Of a stretch of 64,000 nucleotides of DNA, positions 39,096-48,726 are shown piece by piece. Each line of letters begins with the position of its first letter. The first letter of the stretch is position 1. The stretch spans positions 1-64,000 of the forward strand of contig CAZALK010000017.1 in the NCBI GenBank assembly GCA_964486045.1, written 5' to 3'. Both the position numbers and the translations under genes were made by a program. Origin of the DNA: an uncultured archaeon. GTDB lineage: Archaea; Asgardarchaeota; Lokiarchaeia; Sigyniarchaeales; SOKP01. The notes beneath the pieces are model-generated. The model had not been told where the DNA came from and did no database searches. It saw only the letters and a list, made by a program, of their open reading frames with translations.

Positions 39096-39455
39096 ATGAC
39101 ATCTCGTTCCTTAAAAGGTGTGCTCTGGGGGCTTTTATTTTTTCTCACAACAATCATTTATGGTTCAATTCCTACCTACTTAATCATTCAGTTTTGGATA
39201 TGGCTTAATAGTTTTCCGGTATACACATTATCGCTGTTCATGTTGTTTTTGTGGATAGTAGCATTAATTGTCACACTAATATATTTTGTTGCGATGATAA
39301 GAGCTTTCATCCAAAGGAAAAATGAAGAGGGTTTAGGCATACCAAAAGGTATAAAAGGATTTGGATTAGTATCAACAATAATTACGGTTGCTTTTATGAT
39401 AACGTGGTATTTAATATTTAACCAAATAGCCTTTTTCTCAATGATACCTCCTTAA
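39096..39455 (+). CDS. Small 3-TM membrane protein
   Basis: Hydrophobic helices. Confidence 0.7.
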   Translation: MTSRSLKGVLWGLLFFLTTIIYGSIPTYLIIQFWIWLNSFPVYTLSLFMLFLWIVALIVTLIYFVAMIRAFIQRKNEEGLGIPKGIKGFGLVSTIITVAFMITWYLIFNQIAFFSMIPP

Positions 39456-39532
39456 TCTTTAGGAAAAATAGGAAAGAAAAAATAACAAAATAAAGATTAT
39501 ATCTTGGTTTTTAATGTAGTCTAAGTGGATTA

Positions 39533-40408
39533 CTATTTATTTTCATCGTAAAGTGGTGATCCAGCTTTCATGAAGCGATTTAAATGACGTATTGAGGTAA
39601 CTAGTTTTCCACTTTCTTTTTCTTTGAGAAAAGAATCATGCCAGAAGTATTCTGTTCTCTTACTTATACCAACACAAATTACCTTTCCAGTAGCTATATA
39701 CGGAACACCTACTAATGCTGGACCGTTAATATTACGAATCTCTGTAGCACCATAGAAGGGTACTGCTTTAACCCGTTCGGCATCTAAACTGTAAGAACCT
39801 AGAGCCATGACAGTATATAAAGCGGTTGGAGAGAGAATTGAATTTCCCCATGGTGACTTTCCCTTGTAATAATCGAGATGATCAGTTATTGAGGGTAATC
39901 CCTTAGTGGCAGCTTCTTGAGTTAATAAAATATCCCTTGATCGGAGCTCGTCTCCAACTTTGAAATTTGCTAAAATGCGTAAATCCTCAGAATTGCTGTT
40001 TTTAAGATCTAAAGCCTGAATGTAAGATTTTTCTTCAGGTTCACCTACGGCTACTGTCCCTGTTGCAACTACTTGCCCACTTGGCATTTCAACTCGAGCT
40101 TCCACTTGAACATCTTTAGAGTCATCAGGTGGCAATTTGACTACTGCTCTTACTTCTTCTAGATGAGTTGTTGCATATGTATAATATACACTCAAAGATC
40201 CCTTTTCAAACCATCTTTGCCCAAACATTTCTAACATTAAAGGGGCGAATAAACTAAGATGGATCGTTCCGGGAATCGTTCCTCCACGCATTCCAACACT
40301 TTTTGCAACAGAATCATCATGAATTGACGTTTTCATACCTGTCCAGAGGTTTTTTGGTGCTCGCCACCCGCCATACATAAAACCATCCTTAATTGAAATT
40401 TCACTCAA
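39533..40408 (-). CDS. Double hot-dog fold protein (MaoC-like)
   Basis: SIHDDSVAKSVGMRGGTIPG; second repeat SPWGNSILSP. Confidence 0.65.
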   Translation of the reverse strand: MSEISIKDGFMYGGWRAPKNLWTGMKTSIHDDSVAKSVGMRGGTIPGTIHLSLFAPLMLEMFGQRWFEKGSLSVYYTYATTHLEEVRAVVKLPPDDSKDVQVEARVEMPSGQVVATGTVAVGEPEEKSYIQALDLKNSNSEDLRILANFKVGDELRSRDILLTQEAATKGLPSITDHLDYYKGKSPWGNSILSPTALYTVMALGSYSLDAERVKAVPFYGATEIRNINGPALVGVPYIATGKVICVGISKRTEYFWHDSFLKEKESGKLVTSIRHLNRFMKAGSPLYDENK

Positions 40409-40757
40409 TCAATACACCTAAATTAATTTAGTTGTTTAAAAGAAATCATACCAATGCTATTAAATTTTATGATAATCCAATTCTTCTTATTTCGAAATAA
40501 ATTCAATAAGCATAGGATATAACGGAATAATCATAATCCCTAAAATAATTCTTTTAACTGCATTAGAATTGTTAAATCATCCTGAATTAACGAAAAAATA
40601 GCTAGTAAAGAATTTCAAGGTTGTTTAAGTAGAAAACCTATATGTTTCTCTTCTCTGAAGGACAACTACTACCATTTACATTCGGATCAATTCTATAAAA
40701 TACTTAACCTACGTTCCTTTTTTTATATTAAGGTTTATCAAATTAGGATACATAATA

Positions 40758-41591
40758 ATGAAGAACATTGAAGGGGAATCTGAAGTCGTCAAAAAATCCA
40801 ATAAACCAAACACAATTGATACTTTAAAACGTGATTTTAAAGCTCTTGGAATAAAACCAGGAGCTGTTATAATTATGCACAGCTCTCTAAGTAAGTTAGG
40901 TTGGACGGTTGGTGGCCCAGTTTCTGTAATTCGCGCTATAATGGAGGTTTTAACAAAGAAAGGAACTTTAATTATGCCTGCGTTTACTTCGGGAAACAGT
41001 GAACCATCAGCGTGGGAAAATCCTCCTGTACCCAAGGATTGGTGGCCAATAATCCGCGAAAATACGCCTGCTTTTAATCCAATTATATCTCCTACGAGAA
41101 AGATGGGTATAATTGTAGAGACTTTTCGTACCTTTCCAAAAATTTATCGTAGTAACCATCCTTTATCTTCATTTGCAGCATGGGGGAAAGAAGCTAAAAA
41201 TATAACAAAAAATCATACACTTGAGTCAGATTTAGGTGAAAGTTCTCCCCTCGCAAGAATCTATGACTTAGATGGTCAAATCTTATTACTAGGTGTTATT
41301 CACTCAAATAATTCTTCACTACACCTCGCAGAATACCGAAGTAATTACTACGGTAAAAAATACCAACCTACAGGCTCAGCAATAATGAAAAATGGGAAGA
41401 GAAAATGGGTAGTATGGAAGGAATTAGATCTTAATCCTGATGATTTTGAAGAAATTGGTCAGGATTTCGAGACATTAAATCAATACAAACCTAAGAAAGT
41501 AGGATTAGCTGATGCACGTTTATTATCCCAACGAGAATTGATTGACTTTGCTATAAATTGGATTAAGAAAAATAGAGTTGAAGAAAAATGA
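40758..41591 (+). CDS. AAC(3)-family N-acetyltransferase (YokD-like)
   Basis: MHSSLSKLGW, GTLIMPAFT, RSNHPLSSFAAWG, LHLAEY. Confidence 0.9.
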   Translation: MKNIEGESEVVKKSNKPNTIDTLKRDFKALGIKPGAVIIMHSSLSKLGWTVGGPVSVIRAIMEVLTKKGTLIMPAFTSGNSEPSAWENPPVPKDWWPIIRENTPAFNPIISPTRKMGIIVETFRTFPKIYRSNHPLSSFAAWGKEAKNITKNHTLESDLGESSPLARIYDLDGQILLLGVIHSNNSSLHLAEYRSNYYGKKYQPTGSAIMKNGKRKWVVWKELDLNPDDFEEIGQDFETLNQYKPKKVGLADARLLSQRELIDFAINWIKKNRVEEK

Positions 41592-41720
41592 AATAAAGTA
41601 TAGGAGTTTCCGAATAGATACTTTACTCTATGATTGAGCCTAGCAAATCCTTTACCTTTGAAAGAATTAAGAAAAAGTAAGAAAACTAGAATAAGATATA
41701 AATAAGAATATTCTTTTGTT

Positions 41721-41727
41721 TTTATAA
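41721..41727 (+). promoter_or_regulatory. Putative TATA box for the trp leader transcript
   Basis: TTTATAA centred about 26 nt before the leader ATG, suggesting a leaderless mRNA. Confidence 0.45.
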
Positions 41728-41749
41728 CTAAAAATATATGATTTTAAAT

Positions 41750-41800
41750 ATGGCAACTGTAAAATCTTCTGCTTGGCGTTGGCAGTGGCCTTGGCGTTAG
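41750..41800 (+). CDS. trpL: Trp-rich leader peptide MATVKSSAWRWQWPWR (trpL-like)
   Basis: 16 codons, 4 of them TGG; ends ~160 nt upstream of trpD. Confidence 0.8.
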   Translation: MATVKSSAWRWQWPWR

Positions 41801-41851
41801 ATAACGTCCTTTCATTGGTTTAGATCATATCGATATCTCTCGTTTTTATTA

Positions 41852-41891
41852 TTTTTGTTAAAACTTAACAAAAAGTTATTTTGCTTTCTTT
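41852..41891 (+). terminator. Hairpin plus U-rich tract in the trp leader (candidate attenuator/terminator)
   Basis: TTTTTGTTAA-AAC-TTAACAAAAA (41852-41874) followed by GTTATTTTGCTTTCTTT. Confidence 0.5.
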
Positions 41892-41961
41892 ACTGTGCGT
41901 TTTTATTATTGACACCCAATTATGAAACGAAACACAAAAAAAGAGTAAAACATGGAGTAGT

Positions 41962-43032
41962 TTGTTTAAAATGTCAGAAGCACATGAAAAAATAATTGAT
42001 GCAATAAAAAAAATATCTCAAAATGAAAGTCTATCAACTACGGAAGCAGAAGATGTTATGAGTGAGATAATGTCTGGAAAGGCAAAAGATTCTCAATTAG
42101 GTGCCTTATTAACTGCTTTAGTAATGAAGGGTGAAACAATTGAAGAAATTACGGGTTTTGCAAGAATAATGCGAGAATTCGCAAATGTTATTAAACCAAG
42201 TGTCGACAGTGAATTATTAGACACTTGTGGGACTGGGGGAGATAAAATAAAAACCTTTAACATAAGTACCATTTCAGCTTTAGTAGTAGCAGGAGCTGGT
42301 GTTTCTGTAGCAAAACATGGGAACCGAGCCGTGACTAGTAAATGTGGAAGTGCTGACTTATTAGAAGGATTAGGTGTAAAGATAGATTTACCACCTGAGG
42401 ATGTTAAGAATTGTATTGAGAAAATAGGATTAGGATTTATGTTTGCTCCTCTTTTTCATCCTGCAATGAAGTATGTAATGCCAACTAGAAGAGCTCTAAA
42501 GATAAGAACTGTATTCAATATACTAGGACCTTTAACTAATCCTGCTAATGCTAAATATCATGTGTTAGGTGTATTTCGTAAGGATTTGGCACCCGTTATG
42601 GCAAAAGTATTACAAGATCTAGGAGCAAAGCATGTTTATACGATACATAACTCTTGCGGTATTGATGAATTAGCGCCAGTGGGAATAAATTATATAACTG
42701 AATCGTATAATGGAAATATGGAAACCTATGCAATTACTAATAAAGATTTTAAAATCCCAGATTGCTCCGTAAATGATTTACTAGCAGGAAATCTTGATGA
42801 TAATATTAGAATTGCTTTAAAAATATTAAAAAAACCAGATTTTAAAGCTAAGTATAATACAATTCTGATGAATGTAGCTTTAGCGTTAAAATGTGGGGGC
42901 ATTGCGACTGACTTTGAAGAAGGTATATCAATCGCTAAAAACACGATAGAGTCAGGTAAAGCTTTCGAAAAGCTTGAAAGTTTCATTGAAATTACTGGTG
43001 GGAATAATAATAAATTGAAGAGTTATTTATAG
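41962..43032 (+). CDS. trpD: Anthranilate phosphoribosyltransferase
   Basis: DTCGTGGD, NISTISA, KHGNRAVTSKCGSAD; start may be the ATG at 41971. Confidence 0.96.
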   Translation: MFKMSEAHEKIIDAIKKISQNESLSTTEAEDVMSEIMSGKAKDSQLGALLTALVMKGETIEEITGFARIMREFANVIKPSVDSELLDTCGTGGDKIKTFNISTISALVVAGAGVSVAKHGNRAVTSKCGSADLLEGLGVKIDLPPEDVKNCIEKIGLGFMFAPLFHPAMKYVMPTRRALKIRTVFNILGPLTNPANAKYHVLGVFRKDLAPVMAKVLQDLGAKHVYTIHNSCGIDELAPVGINYITESYNGNMETYAITNKDFKIPDCSVNDLLAGNLDDNIRIALKILKKPDFKAKYNTILMNVALALKCGGIATDFEEGISIAKNTIESGKAFEKLESFIEITGGNNNKLKSYL

Positions 43033-43047
43033 GCTTGGAAATAAAAA

Positions 43048-43845
43048 ATGATCTCCAATAAAATTATCGAGATAGTTGAAAAACGGAAAAATTCCATTGA
43101 AAAAGACTTGATTTTTATGGAATCTATAAAAGGTAAAAGTCTTAGGGATAATCGAAAATCTTTAAGCGAAACCATCAAAAATAATTCCGAAACATCAATA
43201 ATATCAGAAATTAAGCTATCTTCACCTACTTTGGGAGATATTCGAAAATCTTTTAATATAAAATCAATAGCGATGGAAATGGAGAGTTCGGGGGTGATTG
43301 GATTGAGCGTTTTAACCGAACCTAATTATTTTAATGGATCATATGAAAATCTAAGGTTAGCTGTATTGAATACAAAATTACCTTGTTTAATGAAAGATTT
43401 TGTTGTTACTCCTATTCAATTCAAGATCGCTGCACAGATTGGAGCAACTAATATTCTTTTAATTAACTCAATTTGTAATATTAAGGAGATGTATAAGTTA
43501 GCTATTGATCATGATCTAGAACCTGTAATAGAAATTCATGCAGTGGAAGAAATAATCGATATTAGAGAATTATTTGATATGGGCTACGAACCTAAACTGA
43601 TTGGAGTTAATAATCGAAACCTGAAGACCTTGAATATTAATTTGAGGATCTCAAAAGAGATTATACCAAAATTAAAGGAAGAATTTGGAGAAAAAACCCA
43701 AATCATCTGTGAAAGTGGGATAAATTCTATTGAAGATATTAATTTTATAAAACCTACAGGTGCTAATGCTTTTCTAATAGGGTCATCAATCATGCAATCT
43801 AACAATATTAAGAAAAAAATTTTAGAATTACGTGGGGTAAATTGA
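43048..43845 (+). CDS. trpC: Indole-3-glycerol phosphate synthase
   Basis: ISEIKLSSPT, LSVLTEP, MKDF, GVNNRNL, ESGI. Confidence 0.94.
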   Translation: MISNKIIEIVEKRKNSIEKDLIFMESIKGKSLRDNRKSLSETIKNNSETSIISEIKLSSPTLGDIRKSFNIKSIAMEMESSGVIGLSVLTEPNYFNGSYENLRLAVLNTKLPCLMKDFVVTPIQFKIAAQIGATNILLINSICNIKEMYKLAIDHDLEPVIEIHAVEEIIDIRELFDMGYEPKLIGVNNRNLKTLNINLRISKEIIPKLKEEFGEKTQIICESGINSIEDINFIKPTGANAFLIGSSIMQSNNIKKKILELRGVN

Positions 43846-44498
43846 TTGAATACGTAAAAATCTGTGGGTTAAAGAAGTACGAACATGTGCTACTTTGCAT
43901 AGAAAATGGTGCAGATGCGGTAGGATTTATATATGATGTTCCTGAATCTCCGAGAAACTTACAAAATATGGAGTTAAAGGCTCTTTTAAAAAAAATAAAA
44001 AATAAAATTTCAACTGTAATTGTGCTTAAACCATCGAGTATTCATGAATTAGAAGAAATAATTGATGATTTCGATGCATCCTATTTTCAAATTCATATTA
44101 ATTTTGATGAAAATGAGTTAGAAAAACTCTCATTAGAGCATAAAAGGAAAGTGATCCTCGCACTAAAAGTTAATCAAGCAAATAAAGATTCAACAATGAA
44201 GCTGATAAATAATCTAAATAATAAGGTTTTCGCATTTCTTATTGACAATAGTGAGGGTCAAGGTAATGAATTAGATTTTGAAATTGTTAAGAAAATTATA
44301 AGACAAAACTCTGATAAAAGGATAATAGTTGCTGGGGGAATCAGCATTGAAAATGTTGGAGAAGTAATAGATGTGTTAAAACCCTACGGAATTGATATAA
44401 GTAGCTCTTTAGAATTTGAGGTAGGTGTTAAGGATCCTAATAGGATTAAATTTATTTTAACTAAAATTAATAATTTAAAAAAAAATTTGAGTGATTAG
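43842..44498 (+). CDS. trpF: Phosphoribosylanthranilate isomerase
   Basis: [26 protein letters not shown]. Confidence 0.94.
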   Translation: MIEYVKICGLKKYEHVLLCIENGADAVGFIYDVPESPRNLQNMELKALLKKIKNKISTVIVLKPSSIHELEEIIDDFDASYFQIHINFDENELEKLSLEHKRKVILALKVNQANKDSTMKLINNLNNKVFAFLIDNSEGQGNELDFEIVKKIIRQNSDKRIIVAGGISIENVGEVIDVLKPYGIDISSSLEFEVGVKDPNRIKFILTKINNLKKNLSD

Positions 44499-44503
44499 AA
44501 ATA

Positions 44504-45706
44504 ATGGACTACATTGGAAACTATCCAAATGAATTAGGAAAGTTTGGGGAATTTGGTGGTATGTTTGCCCCTGAAATTTTAATGCCTGCACTTACTGAAC
44601 TCACTGAAGCCTTCAATAGATATGGAAGAGATAAAGATTTTCAAGAGGAATTTGAGACAATTCTAAGAGACTATAGTGGAAGACCAACACCTTTATATTA
44701 CGCCTTAAGATTAAGTGAAGATATGGGTTGTAAGGTTTATTTAAAACGGGAGGATTTAAATCATGGTGGTGCACACAAGATTAATAATGTTATGGGGCAA
44801 GCACTCCTAGCAAAGAAAATGGGAAAATCGAAACTCATAGCAGAAACAGGAGCAGGGCAACATGGATTTGCAACGGCAATAGCAGGTGCATATTTTGGAA
44901 TGGAGACCAAAGTATTTATGGGTGAAATAGATATTAAAAGGCAAGCCTACAATGTTTATAGAATGCAACTGCTTGGAGCTGAAGTGGTTCCTGTCAAGTC
45001 TGGTTCAAGAACGTTAAAGGATGCCGTAAATGAGGGTCTTAGGTATTGGATCGCCAATGTGGAAGATACACATTATTTATTGGGGAGTGTAGTAGGTCCT
45101 CATCCTTACCCCTTGATGGTACGAGAATTTCAGAGAGTCATTGGTAAAGAAACTAGAATACAAATTATAGAACATGAGGGGAAATTACCTTCAGCCATTA
45201 TTGCTTGCATTGGTGGGGGAAGTAATGCCATTGGTATAATGTTTGATTTCATTAATGACAATAATGTTCAATTAATAGGTGTTGAAGCTGCAGGAGAAGG
45301 AAAACACACTGAGAAACATTCAATGGCTTTGGGTTTGGGACGTAAGGGTGTACTTCATGGATCATTGATGTATCTACTACAGAATGAATACGGAAACATC
45401 TTAGAAACACACTCAATAAGCGCGGGGTTAGATTATCCTGGAGTCGGTCCAGAACACTGCTATCTGAAAGATGTAAATAGATTAAGAGTTGGAGAAGCTA
45501 CAGATAAAGAGACTCTTGAAGCTTTTAGAAAATTAAGCTTGAAAGAAGGTATTATTCCTGCTCTCGAAAGCTCTCATGCTCTTGCATATTTAGATAAAAT
45601 AAAAGATGAATTTAAGGAAGACGATATCATTGTGGTTAATTTATCGGGAAGCGGTTCGAAAGATTTGGATATAATTAAAAAACATATGGAGTTCAAAACG
45701 CAATGA
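44504..45706 (+). CDS. trpB: Tryptophan synthase beta chain (TrpB1 type)
   Basis: [35 protein letters not shown]. Confidence 0.97.
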   Translation: MDYIGNYPNELGKFGEFGGMFAPEILMPALTELTEAFNRYGRDKDFQEEFETILRDYSGRPTPLYYALRLSEDMGCKVYLKREDLNHGGAHKINNVMGQALLAKKMGKSKLIAETGAGQHGFATAIAGAYFGMETKVFMGEIDIKRQAYNVYRMQLLGAEVVPVKSGSRTLKDAVNEGLRYWIANVEDTHYLLGSVVGPHPYPLMVREFQRVIGKETRIQIIEHEGKLPSAIIACIGGGSNAIGIMFDFINDNNVQLIGVEAAGEGKHTEKHSMALGLGRKGVLHGSLMYLLQNEYGNILETHSISAGLDYPGVGPEHCYLKDVNRLRVGEATDKETLEAFRKLSLKEGIIPALESSHALAYLDKIKDEFKEDDIIVVNLSGSGSKDLDIIKKHMEFKTQ

Positions 45707-46533
45707 ATGGTCCAAATAGGCTTCAAAAATTATTTAATGGCAATAAACATAAAGACGAAAAGTTTTTCATGCCATTTTTAGTTGCAGGGGATCCAGATAT
45801 TCATCAATTCAAGAAACTTGCTGAAAAAATAGAACCATTTGCAGATATTCTTGAAATTGGAATTCCTTTTAGTGACCCAATTGCTGATGGTCCAACTATC
45901 CAGGAAGCAAATATTAGAGCATTTAGCTCAGGGATTAATACGCATATAGCTATTGAAGCTATAGCCGATCTAAGAGGGATTACAGAAAAACCTATAGTCA
46001 TTTTAACATATTACAATATCTTAATACAAGGAGCCGATTCTTTAGAGAAATCATTGGATAACACAATCAAAAAGTTAAAAGAAAGCGGTGTTGACGGGAT
46101 TGTTATTGGAGATCTCCCGATTGAGGAAGCTGACCTGACTTTAGAAGCTTGTGAGAAATATGACGTTTTCCTTATCTTTTTAGTAGCTCCATCTACAACT
46201 GAAGATAGGTTAAAAAAAATATTAAAGGTAGCAAAAGGCTTTATATATTTAATATCAGTAATGGGAGTAACTGGGGAGAGAGATGCAGTTTCCCAAATTA
46301 CAAAAGATTTAATCAATAATGTGAAGCAAAAAACTGACAAATTACTCCCAATTTTCGTCGGATTCGGTATTTCTAAACCCGAGCATGCTAAAATAATTGT
46401 GGATGCTGGAGCAGATGGTATCATTATTGGTTCTGCGATTGTAAACATAATTAAGAAAAACATAAACAATTCAAAAAAATTAGAGCAAGAGATAGTGGAA
46501 TTTGCTTCAAGTATTAAAAAAGCTATTAATTAA
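45703..46533 (+). CDS. trpA: Tryptophan synthase alpha chain
   Basis: [27 protein letters not shown]. Confidence 0.97.
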   Translation: MNGPNRLQKLFNGNKHKDEKFFMPFLVAGDPDIHQFKKLAEKIEPFADILEIGIPFSDPIADGPTIQEANIRAFSSGINTHIAIEAIADLRGITEKPIVILTYYNILIQGADSLEKSLDNTIKKLKESGVDGIVIGDLPIEEADLTLEACEKYDVFLIFLVAPSTTEDRLKKILKVAKGFIYLISVMGVTGERDAVSQITKDLINNVKQKTDKLLPIFVGFGISKPEHAKIIVDAGADGIIIGSAIVNIIKKNINNSKKLEQEIVEFASSIKKAIN

Positions 46534-46562
46534 GACTAAATTATTGAATAGAGAGGAGAAAA

Positions 46563-48059
46563 ATGGATTTTGATATACATATAGAAAAGATTGGAGAATT
46601 AGATAACATTTTTACATTTTATAAGTATTTAGTTAAAAGATATGACCTGAAAAAACATGCTTTATTAGAATCTACATCAGCAAATACCAGAGAAACTCTC
46701 TACAGCTTTATAGCTATGGAACCTGATTTTATGTTGGAGGTTAACGGTGAGAATTTTAAGATTTATGATATAACTACAGAGAGAGGAGAAGTTATTAAAG
46801 AGTATGTTGAATCTAAAGATCCTTCACAAGAACGACCATATAATCCATTACCATTTAAGGACAATGTTAAATATAACATGGTAGCCCTTGACACTCTGAG
46901 TTCTCTTACACCATATTCTACTTTACCCTTTACAGAGCTATTTCCAAGAAATATTTTTTATGGTGGAATGCTTGGTTATATTGGATATGATGTAGTTGCT
47001 CCATATGTTGGGTATAAATCCTCTAGTGAATTTCCCGACATTCTTATGGCGCTCTTTACCAAAGTATTGGTATATTCACATAGCTCGAATGCATTATTTA
47101 TGATTGATAACAGCATTGATGATTATTCAAAAGACAAAGATATCAGATATCAGTTAAGCCTCTTTAAAAAACATGGCACTCCAGATGATTGTAAAGAAAT
47201 TTCAATGGATATTGACGAAATTGATGAATCTGGTTTTAGATCAAATACGTCTAAATCGGCCCATGGTAGAATGATTGAAAAAACTAAAGAACATATTTAT
47301 AATGGGGATATAATACAAGCTGTCATTTCTCGAAGATTGTATACTGAGAGTAAGGTTGACCCAATGGTAATTTATGAAGTACTCAGAGTCCTTAATCCGT
47401 CGCAGTATATGTATAACATCAATTTTAATGATGTGAAGATAATTGGAAGTAGCCCAGAAGCGTTAATTTCTAAGAATAAGGATGTTTTGAGCACGGTACC
47501 GATTGCAGGAACTATTCGGAGAGGCAAAACACAAAAAGAAGACTTGGAACTGGAAAGAGAGTTGCTTGATGATCCTAAGGAGCAAGCGGAACACATTATG
47601 CTGGTTGATTTAGCCCGAAATGATCTCGCAAAAGTTTCATACCCCGGAACTGTTGATACCTATGAGTTAATGACCATTCAGAAATATCAGAAAGTTCAAC
47701 ATATAGTAAGTAAAGTCCAGAGCAAGACTCCTCTAGATGGGTATCAAGTTTTAAAGAGTATTTTTCCTGCGGGAACGCTCTCTGGCGCGCCCAAACTGAG
47801 AGCAATGCAAATAATTCAAGAATTAGAGACAGAATCGAGGGGACCATATGGGGGAGGTGTAGGATATTTTAGTTTCAATGGTGATATGGCGTTTGCAATA
47901 GCGATCAGAACGATGTTTGGGAGAAATGGAACATATTTTGCTCAAGCTGGTGGGGGTATTGTATCAGATAGTCAACCAGATGATGAATTCCGGGAGACTC
48001 ACAACAAATTGTATAGTGTATTAAAATCAATCAAAATAGCGGAGGCAAGAGAGAATTGA
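46563..48059 (+). CDS. trpE: Anthranilate synthase component I
   Basis: LLES, GSSPE, EHIMLVDLARND, PAGTLSGAPK. Confidence 0.95.
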   Translation: MDFDIHIEKIGELDNIFTFYKYLVKRYDLKKHALLESTSANTRETLYSFIAMEPDFMLEVNGENFKIYDITTERGEVIKEYVESKDPSQERPYNPLPFKDNVKYNMVALDTLSSLTPYSTLPFTELFPRNIFYGGMLGYIGYDVVAPYVGYKSSSEFPDILMALFTKVLVYSHSSNALFMIDNSIDDYSKDKDIRYQLSLFKKHGTPDDCKEISMDIDEIDESGFRSNTSKSAHGRMIEKTKEHIYNGDIIQAVISRRLYTESKVDPMVIYEVLRVLNPSQYMYNINFNDVKIIGSSPEALISKNKDVLSTVPIAGTIRRGKTQKEDLELERELLDDPKEQAEHIMLVDLARNDLAKVSYPGTVDTYELMTIQKYQKVQHIVSKVQSKTPLDGYQVLKSIFPAGTLSGAPKLRAMQIIQELETESRGPYGGGVGYFSFNGDMAFAIAIRTMFGRNGTYFAQAGGGIVSDSQPDDEFRETHNKLYSVLKSIKIAEAREN

Positions 48060-48685
48060 ATATATTATTTATTAACAATTATGATAGTTTTGTTTATAAT
48101 TTGGTGAATTATATATGCCAATTAGAATCAGACTCTAATATTATCGTTGAGGACCATAATATAACTATTGATAAAGTAAGAAGTTTAAACCCCAATAAAA
48201 TTATTATTTCACCCGGACCAGGCCATCCTAAATATGAAACCGGTAATGTAATTCCGATAATTAAGGAGTTCTGCGATAAAATACCAATTCTAGGGATATG
48301 TTTAGGACATCAGACAATAATTGAATCATTTGGAGAAGATCAAGATTTAGAATATGTAGGACTAGCGAAAGTAGGTCCAATGCACGGAAAACAATCAAAT
48401 ATATTCCATGACCAAAAAACGATCTTCAAAGATATTCCAAATCCACTACAAGTTATTAGATATCATTCACTGGCTGCCAAAGAGAGTACACTCCCTCAAG
48501 ATCTTAAGATTACGGCTACTGCGGATGACGGAACAATCATAGCAGTTAGACACAAACAATACCCCGTTGAAGGAGTTCAATTTCATCCCGAATCGATAAA
48601 AATGAAGCCCCATGGAATGCAAATATTGAAAAATTTCTTAGAAATTTCCTCGAATAAAGACATTAGAAATCAGAATTTATCATAA
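48056..48685 (+). CDS. trpG: Anthranilate synthase component II
   Basis: NNYDSF, SPGPG, GICLGHQ, RYHSL, QFHPES. Confidence 0.95.
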   Translation: MNILFINNYDSFVYNLVNYICQLESDSNIIVEDHNITIDKVRSLNPNKIIISPGPGHPKYETGNVIPIIKEFCDKIPILGICLGHQTIIESFGEDQDLEYVGLAKVGPMHGKQSNIFHDQKTIFKDIPNPLQVIRYHSLAAKESTLPQDLKITATADDGTIIAVRHKQYPVEGVQFHPESIKMKPHGMQILKNFLEISSNKDIRNQNLS

Positions 48686-48726
48686 TAAAAGGATTTAAAT
48701 ATTATTTTTAGCTTCATATATTTGAT

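Noticed and set aside
40758-41591. AAC(3), beta-lactamase-family and MBL-fold genes as antibiotic-resistance determinants
   Set aside because: These are broad enzyme families common in archaea; the sequence gives no evidence of antibiotic substrates.
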